Shown: positions 1-7,769 of the stretch, piece after piece | Numbering within the stretch: the first letter of the stretch is position 1 | Layout of the letters: the number at the start of each line of letters is the position of its first letter | Source of the DNA: an uncultured Nitrososphaerota archaeon | Lineage (GTDB): Archaea; Korarchaeota; Korarchaeia; Korarchaeales; Korarchaeaceae | NCBI GenBank assembly: GCA_964480775.1 | Contig: CAYZRF010000036.1 | Location: 1 to 12,423 of the forward strand | DNA length: 12,423 bases | Reading direction: 5' to 3' | Made by a program: the position numbers and the translations under genes | Notes under the pieces: generated by a model | Told to the model about the DNA's origin: nothing | The model's database searches: none | The model's input: only the letters and a program-made list of their open reading frames with translations

Positions 1-71
1 CTGCGGGATTGGCTATTGTTTTCCTTGTCGTATTGGCTACATACAAATTATATCAGAGTAAAAGAAAATAA
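1..71 (+). CDS. 3' end of an ORF that runs off the left edge; C-terminal hydrophobic helix followed by a basic tail
   Basis: Frame 3 (from nt 3) reads AGLAIVFLVVLATYKLYQSKRK and stops at TAA 69-71. This is a hydrophobic stretch plus a K/R tail, typical of a C-terminal membrane anchor. Only 22 codons are visible. Confidence 0.25.
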   Translation, partial: AGLAIVFLVVLATYKLYQSKRK

Positions 72-73
72 AT

Positions 74-133
74 GGTGGGGTCCAGAACTTTGCGTCGCTT
101 CGCTCTTCGCCCTCACTATCGATATTATTTTTT
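74..133 (+). terminator. Imperfect GC-rich hairpin followed by a T6 run, downstream of the truncated left-edge ORF
   Basis: GTGGGG (75-80) can pair with CCC-T-CAC (110-116, one bulge). Inner pairs are GAA/TTC (85-87/105-107) and GCG/CGC (92-94/101-103). TTTTTT lies at 128-133. Folded by eye only. Confidence 0.25.
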
Positions 134-164
134 AGTTCTTAAATTATTACTAAATTGAATTGTT

Positions 165-1101
165 TTAATTTTCCCCTTCTTCAAACCTTGGATATAGTAG
201 GCTGTCACCGAATTCCATGAAAGCATCTGTAATTCCGTGGGCTATTAGATTCAGTTAACAAAGTCCGTAAATATCTGAATTGTACCCCTGACCGTACAAT
301 AGGAGCTTTTCAGCTTTGCCATTGCCATATTTCTCCCTAACGTACTTGTAAGATACTATTAGCATCCCTCCTGAGCCACATGCGGGATCGTAAACGCTTT
401 GCCCTGGTTTTGGATCTAGAATTTCAACTAAAAGCTGAATAACTTCCCTTGGAGTGTAAACTTCCCCTTGCTTCGCTTGAGTTGGAGCGAACTTGTACAG
501 GATGTGCTCATAGGCATCTCCTATCACATCGCTTGAAACGTACTTGTTGCTGAAGTTATACTGGTTGAATAGCTCAACTAGCTGCCTTAGTTTTTCCCTA
601 TGCTCCTGTGTAGTAAAGCCCAGAAAGCTGAACTTATCTATAACTCCTTTCAACTCTGGATTTAGCTCAGCTATTTTTATCAGAGCATTAGAAAGGTTTT
701 CGGGCAATTTCTTGATATCCTTGGTTATCTCGTCCCATAATAGTTCTCTCTTCAAGTTAAAGGTGTGATAAACCTCGTTTTTCTGCCTTTTTCTCGACCT
801 GTTCTTCATCTAGATACTTCATCAGTTCTTTCTCTTCAAACTCTTCCTTCCACGTATCACTTATGTTCTTCAAGAATAGCAGGACCAAAATGAATTTGTA
901 ATCAGTTACTGTTCTTAATATATCGTCCGCTTTGTCAACAAGAGAGTTTACAGGCTTTTGAGAGAGAAGAACGATGTGTTCGTTGTTTACACTTATGGTG
1001 AAAGCATCAAAGCTAAAAGGGTGAGAGCCATAGCTGGAGGAAAACCTCCACTCATAGGGCTTCTGGAAGAGATAGGATTCATCAGAGTCGCTTCCAATCA
1101 A
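165..1101 (-). pseudogene. hsdM: Degraded type I restriction-modification N6-adenine DNA methyltransferase subunit (HsdM-like)
   Basis: The N-terminal HsdM-type segment VDKADDILRTVTDYKFILVLLFLKNISD lies in the frame of ORF 757-1101. The remainder lies in the frame of ORF 255-809: EVYTPREVIQLLVEIL, then SAM motif I DPACGSGGML, then LLLYGQG. The frame switches within A-runs at about 776-796. An in-frame TAA sits at 255-257, and the same frame continues LNLIAHGITDAFMEFGDSLLYPRFEEGEN to TAA 165-167. No NPPF/Y catalytic motif IV follows. Confidence 0.8.
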
Positions 1102-1297
1102 AACTTGTTCGTGATTTTTTCCAAAGGATTACCCCCTAGCCTTAGGGATACGTACGCGTTAAGGAACTTCATAAAGAGAGAACTTCCAAAAAGATGGGAA
1201 ATTATATCAGAAAAGATAAGACAGAAATATCCCGGGACGAAATACAAGATCCTTGAAAAATGGAGAACTCAGGAAGGTTTCAAAGCGAGCTTCATAG

Positions 1298-1420
1298 TTA
1301 TGAGATGTTTAGGATACCTAATTCATAATAAATTTCATTAGAAAAAGATCCTTCCAGCATGCCACAGGCATCAGGGCAATCCCTCTGGCAGGTGACATAA
1401 GCTTCTTTCTCTTCTCCCAT
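1298..1420 (-). pseudogene. 40-codon Cys-motif ORF; possible severed N-terminus of a Mo/W bis-pterin oxidoreductase (C-x3-C-x3-C 4Fe-4S motif), or an independent small protein
   Basis: Manual translation (below the ORF-track cutoff): MGEEKEAYVTCQRDCPDACGMLEGSFSNEIYYELGILNIS*. The segment TCQRDCPDACGML resembles the N-terminal CP-x-DC-x-D-x-CG(F/L) cluster of the YoaE/YyaE-like molybdopterin oxidoreductase subgroup. The resemblance ends after about 22 residues. Confidence 0.3.
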
Positions 1421-1445
1421 CTCAATGTCAGTTGAAGGTCTCAAT

Positions 1446-1456
1446 TTTATTTTTCA
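1446..1456 (+). promoter_or_regulatory. TATA-like box upstream of glyA; implies a leaderless or very short-leader mRNA
   Basis: TTTTATTTTTC lies about 15-25 nt upstream of ATG 1471. There is no SD in front of either ATG 1471 or the TTG at 1432. Confidence 0.3.
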
Positions 1457-1470
1457 TTACAGCATCGAAC

Positions 1471-2802
1471 ATGGGTGAGATAGTGGAAGCAAAGGAAGCT
1501 TACAATAAGGTATTTAATCTCATAGAGGAGCATCAAAAGTGGTTTGATAGCTCATTACCCATGATAGCCAGCGAGAACGTAACTAGTTACGCTGTTAGAG
1601 AAGCTCTGATTTGTGATTTCGAGCATAGGTATGCCGAGGGATGGGTCGGAGAGCGAGTTTATGCAGGTTGCAAGTTCATAGATCAAGTGGAAATGATAGC
1701 CATGGAGCTTGCTAAAGAGATCTACAAGGCAAAGCACGCAGATGTTAGGCCAATAAGCGGAGTGGTTGCTAATCTTGCTGTATACACCGCCTTCACTAAG
1801 CCTGGCGATGTGATGATGGCCCTCCCCATAACAAAGGGGGGACACATTAGCATGGGTCCTCTTTACGGATCGAAAGGAACTAGAATAGGTGGAACGGCCG
1901 GGGCAGTTCATGGCCTTGACGTTAAGTACATCGCGTTCAATGACGATGAGATGAACATAGACGTTGACAAGACGATCAAAAGGATGGAGAAGTACCAACC
2001 AAAGCTGATAATGTTTGGAGCCTCTGAAATTCTCTTTCCTCAGCCCGTAAAGGAGATAGCTGATGTTGCACACTCCATGGGAGCTGTTGTGAACTATGAC
2101 GCTGCACACCTTGCTGGACTGATTGGAGCTGGAAGGTTTCAGGATCCTCTCAGGGAAGAGGCAGACACAATGACGATGAGTACTCACAAGACATTGCCTG
2201 GGCCCCAACACGGCATGATCGTTACGAATGATGACGAGAAATTTGAGTTGATCAAAGAGGCATGTTTTCCTGGCTTATTGAGCAATCATCATCCTGGGGC
2301 TGTTGCAGCCTTAGCAGTAGCCTTGGCCGAACTTAAAGAGTTTGGAAAGGAGTACGCTGATCAGATCATAAAGAACGCTAAGGCCCTTGCTCAAGCAATG
2401 TATGACTCTGGTTTGAAAGTACTTGGCGCAGATAAGGGGTTCACAGAGTGCCATCAGGTTCTAGTTGATGTAGCTGATATAGGAGGCGGTTTGTGGGTTG
2501 AGAAGGCTTTAGAAGAGGCGAACATAATTGTGAACAGGAATCTCCTCCCATGGGACATAAAGAGAGGGAGGAACTTCAGAGATCCTGGAGGTATCAGGAT
2601 AGGCACTTTGGAAATCACCAGACTAGGCATGAAAGAAGGAGAGATGGAAGAAATAGCTAGGTTCTATAAGAGAGTTCTGTTGGACAAGGAAGATCCGAAA
2701 ATCGTGGCTAAGGACGTAAAGAAGCTTAAAGAGAGGTTCAGACACATACACTACTCCTTCGAGAGCATGAAAGAGGCATATACGCATATAAAGCTCAGGT
2801 AA
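1471..2802 (+). CDS. glyA: Serine hydroxymethyltransferase, archaeal type
   Basis: ORF 1432-2802. Hallmarks are LIASENVTS-like MIASENVTSYAVREA, YAEGW, the PLP-lysine motif STHKTLPGPQHG, and SNHHPG. I prefer ATG 1471 (MGEIVEAKEAYNKV...) because residues encoded from TTG 1432 add a hydrophobic non-SHMT extension and the TATA-like box sits just upstream of 1471. Confidence 0.93.
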   Translation: MGEIVEAKEAYNKVFNLIEEHQKWFDSSLPMIASENVTSYAVREALICDFEHRYAEGWVGERVYAGCKFIDQVEMIAMELAKEIYKAKHADVRPISGVVANLAVYTAFTKPGDVMMALPITKGGHISMGPLYGSKGTRIGGTAGAVHGLDVKYIAFNDDEMNIDVDKTIKRMEKYQPKLIMFGASEILFPQPVKEIADVAHSMGAVVNYDAAHLAGLIGAGRFQDPLREEADTMTMSTHKTLPGPQHGMIVTNDDEKFELIKEACFPGLLSNHHPGAVAALAVALAELKEFGKEYADQIIKNAKALAQAMYDSGLKVLGADKGFTECHQVLVDVADIGGGLWVEKALEEANIIVNRNLLPWDIKRGRNFRDPGGIRIGTLEITRLGMKEGEMEEIARFYKRVLLDKEDPKIVAKDVKKLKERFRHIHYSFESMKEAYTHIKLR

Positions 2803-2806
2803 CTAC

Positions 2807-3682
2807 TCAACTAATCTCCAAAACATCTCCACAATAGAATTCCCTAAAGGCAGAAGGTAACATTTTCGCTATTGCCATTTTGGCCCTAAAGCCAGTGCAA
2901 TGCATCGGAGCTATGAGTTCTGGGTTTAACTTCTTCAACTCCTTTGCAGTTCTTTCTATTCTATCTGAATCGGCATCTATAAGGTGAAATCCACCTACTA
3001 TAGCCTTTATCATCTTGATTCCAGTTAATTTCATCGCGTGAAGTGTCGTGTTAACCACTCCGCTGTGTCCGCAGCCAGTTAGAATCACGATTCCATCGCG
3101 AACTTTAGCTATAAGGGCTATATCATCTAACAGCTCATCTTGCACGAATTTCCCTTCTACAACCTTATAAAACCCATTTAACTTCTCAAAATCAGTGGTT
3201 CTCTGGATCTCTCCACTTGTTGTCACTCCCTCGAAAATCGGCACAGGCTCCTTCGAGAAAAGGAGCAAACCTCCCATGCTTTGGACTTTATCTTTTGTAA
3301 AAGGGGGCCCAGTATAAGTAAGCTTCTTTATCCCAAGGCTTGGAAGGACCGCGTATTTTTGAGAGAAGACCTCTGGGTGCATTATAACAGGTACTCTTTT
3401 GTCTATCTCTCTTAAAAATTTCAAAAGACCACCAGTGTGATCATAATGGTTGTGACTTATGACGACAGCGCTAATCTCCTTGAGATTGATTCTAAGCTCT
3501 CTAGCGTTGTTCACCAAGGGAATTCCAGTTATCCCAGTGTCCATAAGTATAGCTGTCTTAGCATCCTCTGACTCCACTTCTATCAAGAGAGAGATGCCGT
3601 TCTCTGCTAACAAAGGTCCCTCATAATGAGTTTCATTGTCAACAAGAGCTGTAATTTTGATTCTCTTCACCTCTTGTGTCAT
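2807..3682 (-). CDS. MBL-fold metallo-hydrolase (COG1237-like subfamily)
   Basis: 291 aa with an N-terminal ITALVDNE...LLAENGISLLIE segment, the H-x-H-x-D-H motif SHNHYDHTGG, and later GCGHSG and PMHCTG metal-ligand-like motifs. The ATG (3682-3680) overlaps the livF TGA (3681-3679) as ATGA. The SD GGTGAGGA lies 4-5 nt upstream. Confidence 0.85.
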   Translation of the reverse strand: MTQEVKRIKITALVDNETHYEGPLLAENGISLLIEVESEDAKTAILMDTGITGIPLVNNARELRINLKEISAVVISHNHYDHTGGLLKFLREIDKRVPVIMHPEVFSQKYAVLPSLGIKKLTYTGPPFTKDKVQSMGGLLLFSKEPVPIFEGVTTSGEIQRTTDFEKLNGFYKVVEGKFVQDELLDDIALIAKVRDGIVILTGCGHSGVVNTTLHAMKLTGIKMIKAIVGGFHLIDADSDRIERTAKELKKLNPELIAPMHCTGFRAKMAIAKMLPSAFREFYCGDVLEIS

Positions 3683-4404
3683 TTATCCTCACCGAGGATT
3701 CCGAAATACTTCTCTCTAAGATCTGGATCGTCGAGCATTTCCTTCGCACTTCTGTGGTCTTGTATCTTTCCACTAACCAGCAAATAGGCATCATCTCCTA
3801 ACTCCAAGGCAAACTGAGCTTTTTCCTCAGTCATAATTATTTTTGCCCCGGTCTCCTTTCGGATCTCCTTGATCTTGTCGTAGACTTCCATCGTTAGCTT
3901 TGGCATCAGTCCCTCGGTTGGCTCGTCCAGTAAGATAATCTTTGGCTTCTTCATCAAACCTTTAGCAAGTGCAAGCATTCTCCTCTCCCCACCGCTTAAC
4001 TTGCTTGCTTTTCTGTTAAAATATTCTTCCCTCCCTAGAACAGGGAAAAATGACAAAACCTCTTCTAACCTCTCTTCTCTCTCTTCCTTACTGAGCAAGT
4101 AACCTCCAAGCATCAAATTTTCCCTTACTGTGAGCCCGTCGAATACGTTATCCCTTTGAGGAATGTAGGAGACACCTAACCTCACTATTTTGTTTGTCGG
4201 CATTCCAACAATGTTCTTCCCATCGAACAGGATTTCTCCGGAGTAAATGTCAATCAGGCCCATTATAGTCCTCAAGAGAGTTGTCTTTCCAGCCCCGTTT
4301 GGACCTATTATGACTGTTATCTCTCCCTCCCTCAGATCCATCGAGATATCGTAAAGTATGTGTCTAGCACCATAACCCGAGTTAATTCCCTTTAGCTCGA
4401 GCAA
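3679..4404 (-). CDS. livF: Branched-chain amino acid-type ABC transporter ATP-binding protein (LivF-like)
   Basis: Walker A GPNGAGKTT, signature LSGGERRMLALAKGL, Walker B ILLDEPTEGL. TTG start with the SD GAGGTGA 4 nt upstream, embedded in the 3' end of livG. Confidence 0.9.
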   Translation of the reverse strand: MLELKGINSGYGARHILYDISMDLREGEITVIIGPNGAGKTTLLRTIMGLIDIYSGEILFDGKNIVGMPTNKIVRLGVSYIPQRDNVFDGLTVRENLMLGGYLLSKEEREERLEEVLSFFPVLGREEYFNRKASKLSGGERRMLALAKGLMKKPKIILLDEPTEGLMPKLTMEVYDKIKEIRKETGAKIIMTEEKAQFALELGDDAYLLVSGKIQDHRSAKEMLDDPDLREKYFGILGEDK

Positions 4405-4408
4405 ATTA

Positions 4409-5200
4409 TCACCTCAACTTGTACTTTTCTCCTAGATAACTCTCAACCACTTCAGGGTTCCTTATTACCTCATATGGTTTACCCTGAGCGATTATTTTAC
4501 CGTTTGCCATAGCATAAGCGTAATCTACATATCCTAGGGCTATGTCAAGCCTATGTTCAACCATAAGGATCGTATATCCGTGATCATCCCTTATTTTCCT
4601 CAAGCGCTCAAGTATGGTGTGTGCAAAGGACGGATTTACTCCAGCAATAGGTTCATCTATTAGGAGCATCTTAGCCCCGCTCATGATTGCTTTTCCTACA
4701 TCAAGTAATTTTGCGTCTCCTCCGCTCAGTTCGCCTCCAAGTAAGTCCCATTTATCGTCCAAGCCAATTATCTTGAGAACTTTGAATGCTTCCTTTACGG
4801 CCTCCCTTTCATCTTCAATCCAAAATCTTCTAACAGGCGCCCTAAAGAAGCTTTCACCTAAGTTCTTTCTCCTAGCTATTAGGATGTTCTCAAGCACTGT
4901 AAGGCTAGGGAAAATTCTAGGAATTTGAAAACTCCTGGCAAGCCCTAGTCTATATGTTTCTGAAGCTGAGAGGTTTGTTATGTCCATTCCGTTAAACCAA
5001 ACTTTCCCACCATCCTTCCTAATGTAACCAGTTACTAAATTTATCCAAGTTGTCTTTCCAGCTCCATTTGGGCCAAATAAAACCGAAAAGGAACCTTCTT
5101 GTATTTCAAGGCTTACATTACCGACTGCAACTAGTTCTCCAAACTTCTTTGTCAAGTTTTTTGTTCTTAGAATAACCTTTTTCCCTATCTCGTTGCTCAA
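4409..5200 (-). CDS. livG: Branched-chain amino acid-type ABC transporter ATP-binding protein (LivG-like)
   Basis: Walker A GPNGAGKTT, signature LSGGDAKLLDVGKAI, Walker B MLLIDEPIAG, H-loop VEHR, and a LivG-type C-terminal extension (PEVVESYLG). TTG start. Confidence 0.9.
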   Translation of the reverse strand: MSNEIGKKVILRTKNLTKKFGELVAVGNVSLEIQEGSFSVLFGPNGAGKTTWINLVTGYIRKDGGKVWFNGMDITNLSASETYRLGLARSFQIPRIFPSLTVLENILIARRKNLGESFFRAPVRRFWIEDEREAVKEAFKVLKIIGLDDKWDLLGGELSGGDAKLLDVGKAIMSGAKMLLIDEPIAGVNPSFAHTILERLRKIRDDHGYTILMVEHRLDIALGYVDYAYAMANGKIIAQGKPYEVIRNPEVVESYLGEKYKLR

Positions 5201-5229
5201 TTCCTCATCCCAACTCTGCAGGTGATTTT

Positions 5230-5247
5230 AAAGAAAAATAAAAAGGT
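5230..5247 (-). terminator. Oligo-T tract immediately after livK (possible partial intra-operon terminator), adjacent to a TTTAAAA box
   Basis: The minus strand after the livK TGA reads CACCTTTTTTATTTTTCTTTAAAATCACC. The T6 and T5 runs match archaeal termination signals. TTTAAAA (about 5226-5232) lies 25 nt upstream of the livG TTG. Confidence 0.3.
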
Positions 5248-5262
5248 GAGTAGTGATTTAGA

Positions 5263-6570
5263 TCAAGGTCCGAAGCCTTCTGCCCACTCCATCTTGTCGT
5301 CGGCGGCGTAGTAGACTCCTACCTCTGTCCACTCTACCCCAGCAGCCGTCTCCACTGGACGCCAAAGGCTGTAGTCTGCAATCGCTAGATCGCCATTTTC
5401 GTTAAGCATTATATCCCCTGACGCACCTGTGTATACATCTGCTACCTTAGGAAGTATTTCTTTTACCTTCATTGCATCATACTCATTTACAGCAGCTAAT
5501 GCTAAGGCTACTACCCAGACGGAGTCATACGCATCGTAGGCATATATTGTGGGCTCTCTACCGAGCTTGCTCAATATTTCATCGTGAACGTGCCAATAAG
5601 TACGGGTCATGGGTATCTTGAACATCGTGCTAGTGAAGTTCGTCTTCAGGGCAAATTCTGTTTGTGTCGGATGTCCTTCCATATCCGCTAACTCTGGGAT
5701 CATTACTGTTCCATCTGTACCGAACCACCTTACCTTAGAGAGGTCTGGATACTCGGCTGCCACTTCGAAGACAGAAAGAACTTGCCTGTAGCAGATCAAC
5801 AGAACCCCTATCTTGTTGTGAGGAACTCCATTGTTCAAAGCGCTTTTAACTGCTGCATCAATCTCCTCGACTGTCGGAGAGAATTCTAATGTTTCTGGAC
5901 TCCAAGCTATGTGTTGAATCACAGTTCCTCCAAGGGCCTCGAACTTATCGCAAGCCGATTTATCGAGACCAGCTCCCCAATCGTTATCCAGGTAACATGA
6001 AACAAGGTGAGTTATGCCTGAGGAAAAGATAGCTGACGCTATGGCAGGTCCTTGAAGATCATCTATAGCACAGAATCTGAACAAGTTGTCTCCTGGGATG
6101 CTAAGCTCTATCGCCGTTGAGGATGGGCTTATAAAGATAACATTGTGAGCTTCCGCGTAAGATCTTATAGAGGCACATGCTGGACTCATCATAGGACCTA
6201 ACACTATCTTTGCTCCCTTTCCAACTACAGATTCAAACTTCTCGAGTGCTACTTCTGGCGTCGAGGCCGTGTCCTCATGGATCAATTTTATGTGCCACTT
6301 AGCCCCTGCACGTGCCAAGAACTCATTAACGTCCTTCTCAGCTACTTCATAAGCCGCCTTAATGTCCTCACCGTATGTTGTCAATGCTCCGCTTAGGTCC
6401 TCAAGTGCTCCTATCAGTATTTCTCCACTCAATCCTGTTGCTGCAGGAGTTGGAGGAGGCGTTGTTGATCCAGGTGTCCCTGATGGAGCTGGTTTTTTTA
6501 CCACATAGCCTGCTCCGAAGCCTGCTACGAAGACTGCTATTAACAAAATACCTAAAATCTGGTTCTTCAT
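5263..6570 (-). CDS. livK: Leu/Ile/Val-binding-protein-type (type 1 periplasmic-binding fold) substrate-binding protein, membrane-anchored
   Basis: N-terminal hydrophobic anchor ILGILLIAVFVAGFGAG, then the Thr/Pro linker PAPSGTPGSTTPPPTPAATG. A LivK/LivJ-like core follows: IGALEDLSGALTTYGEDIKAAYEVAEKDVN...HEDTASTPEVA...IVLGPMMS. I prefer ATG 6570 (purine-rich GGAAGGG upstream). The alternative is ATG 6615. Confidence 0.85.
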   Translation of the reverse strand: MKNQILGILLIAVFVAGFGAGYVVKKPAPSGTPGSTTPPPTPAATGLSGEILIGALEDLSGALTTYGEDIKAAYEVAEKDVNEFLARAGAKWHIKLIHEDTASTPEVALEKFESVVGKGAKIVLGPMMSPACASIRSYAEAHNVIFISPSSTAIELSIPGDNLFRFCAIDDLQGPAIASAIFSSGITHLVSCYLDNDWGAGLDKSACDKFEALGGTVIQHIAWSPETLEFSPTVEEIDAAVKSALNNGVPHNKIGVLLICYRQVLSVFEVAAEYPDLSKVRWFGTDGTVMIPELADMEGHPTQTEFALKTNFTSTMFKIPMTRTYWHVHDEILSKLGREPTIYAYDAYDSVWVVALALAAVNEYDAMKVKEILPKVADVYTGASGDIMLNENGDLAIADYSLWRPVETAAGVEWTEVGVYYAADDKMEWAEGFGP

Positions 6571-6630
6571 TCCAAACCCTTCCTTCTGGGATTTTGGTTG
6601 ACGCAAACGATTCATTGTTAGGTAAAAAGG

Positions 6631-6653
6631 TTTTGGACAGCTTTACTTAACCA
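6631..6653 (-). promoter_or_regulatory. Copy A of a conserved 23-nt motif between livM and livK, next to a T7/TATA-like tract
   Basis: Plus strand ttttggacagctTtacttAacca matches 9009-9031 (ttttggacagctCtacttGacca) at 21 of 23 positions. On the minus strand it is preceded by AGCTTTTTTTAGCT (A7 at 6662-6668 on the plus strand). Confidence 0.45.
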
Positions 6654-6686
6654 CTTGAGCTAAAAAAAGCTAAGAAGGGATTTTCT

Positions 6687-7769
6687 CTAAAATTTGAGTA
6701 TTTCCTTCTTCATCCTCTCTATCTCTTTTCTCTCAATTGGAATCTCGGGCTTTTCTGGTAGGAGCCCCCTAGGGTTGTATATCAACATGAGCATAAGCAC
6801 AATTCCTAGCAAAAGACCGTCGAGCCAAACTGGTGAGAAAGGGAGAAATGTTTCCAAATCAGCTTTGTAGAAAGTTATTAGTCTCTTCATAGTTATGAAG
6901 ACAGAAGTACCTAAGACAGTCCCCTTACTGCTTGCAAGTCCTCCTAATATCACCATCGCTATGGGCCAAAAAGTCCAAGTGACCCTCTCAAAGTGTAGTC
7001 CTATGACATAGCCCTGATAAAAGGCAAATAAGGCTCCTGCTATTCCAGTTAAGGAGTAGGATATCACCATGACCTTGATGTAAAGCCTTCTTACGTCCCT
7101 TCCTAGTGCTTCAATGCTCTTTTCATCATCTCTAACGGCCTTAAGTAGTCTTCCCATTGGAGATCTAGCCAAAGAAATACAATAGTATCCTACCATGGCT
7201 AGGACCAACGCTGAAACGACTATTATACCAAGAGTCCTCATTGGACCGGGTGAGAGACCAAAGAGATTGTAGTGAGTAAGCCATCTAAATGGATCAGGAA
7301 CCGGAACCCCGTGTTCGCCCCTTATTATCGGTTCCCAATGGTAAATTATTGTGTTAAAGCTTATCTGGATTGAAAGAAGGGTAACACCTAGGTAGAAAAG
7401 CCTAATTCCCCTAAATATAGGCAGAGATGCCAGGAGTCCTAAGCTCCCTGCTGCTACAGCTGCTAAGACAAGAGTTAAGATTAATATTCCTATTGATAGA
7501 GCTGGGCTTTTCTCTAAAGCCAAGTTAACCTTATCTACCACTAAGATGACATGTTCTAAGTAATCCTCCTTTATTCCTAACATCTTGGCCACGAGCCTTC
7601 CTGGAAGGTATCCACAGAGAAATCCACCAGCTCCAGCCGCCATTGCCCTACCGAAGTCTGGAATCCCGGTGTATCCGTATGCAAGGTTATAGCTAAGGGT
7701 TATTATGAGGAATATTATTATGTATATCACAAGAACTGTGAAAAACTCTGCTCCTGGAAAAGAGATCAT
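6687..7769 (-). CDS. livM: Branched-chain amino acid-type ABC transporter permease (LivM-like)
   Basis: Polytopic protein with LivM-like segments (NLAYGYTGIPDFGRAMAAGAGGF; RSPMGRLLKAVRDDEKSIEALG). I prefer ATG 7769-7767, which overlaps the livH TGA (7768-7766) as ATGA. The SD GGGAGGGTG ends about 7-8 nt upstream. The ORF track starts at 7814. Confidence 0.88.
   Translation of the reverse strand: MISFPGAEFFTVLVIYIIIFLIITLSYNLAYGYTGIPDFGRAMAAGAGGFLCGYLPGRLVAKMLGIKEDYLEHVILVVDKVNLALEKSPALSIGILILTLVLAAVAAGSLGLLASLPIFRGIRLFYLGVTLLSIQISFNTIIYHWEPIIRGEHGVPVPDPFRWLTHYNLFGLSPGPMRTLGIIVVSALVLAMVGYYCISLARSPMGRLLKAVRDDEKSIEALGRDVRRLYIKVMVISYSLTGIAGALFAFYQGYVIGLHFERVTWTFWPIAMVILGGLASSKGTVLGTSVFITMKRLITFYKADLETFLPFSPVWLDGLLLGIVLMLMLIYNPRGLLPEKPEIPIERKEIERMKKEILKF

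Noticed and set aside
72-95. tRNA 3'-end-like string on the minus strand (…GTTCTGGACCCCACCA), a possible integration-site remnant next to the hsdM relic
   Set aside because: There is no matching 5' acceptor strand (GGGGTCC) within 80-90 nt, no canonical T-loop (GTTCRANYC) and no direct repeat partner in the window. The resemblance is too short to support a tRNA or att site.
544-768. 74-aa + strand ORF inside the hsdM relic
   Set aside because: It is antisense to the HsdM-homologous frame, with Ser/Leu/Phe-rich low-complexity content. It is a shadow ORF.
958-1341. 127-aa + strand ORF spanning the hsdM relic and the glyA upstream region
   Set aside because: Its 5' half is antisense to the recognisable HsdM N-terminal coding sequence, and its 3' end overlaps the Cys-motif ORF. 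I found no recognisable domain, SD or TATA box. It is most likely a chance open frame in degraded DNA, though a gene relic in 1102-1297 cannot be excluded.
1555-2211. 218-aa minus-strand ORF inside glyA
   Set aside because: It is fully antisense to a confidently identified SHMT gene. The product is Ser/His/Cys/Leu-rich with no motifs, which is typical of a shadow ORF.
4614-4928. 104-aa + strand ORF inside livG
   Set aside because: It is antisense to the livG Walker B and signature region and has a Ser/Pro/Leu-rich shadow-frame composition.
5609-6650. Two + strand ORFs (5609-5791 and 6375-6650) inside livK
   Set aside because: Both are antisense to the LivK-like binding-protein gene and have no motifs or translation signals.
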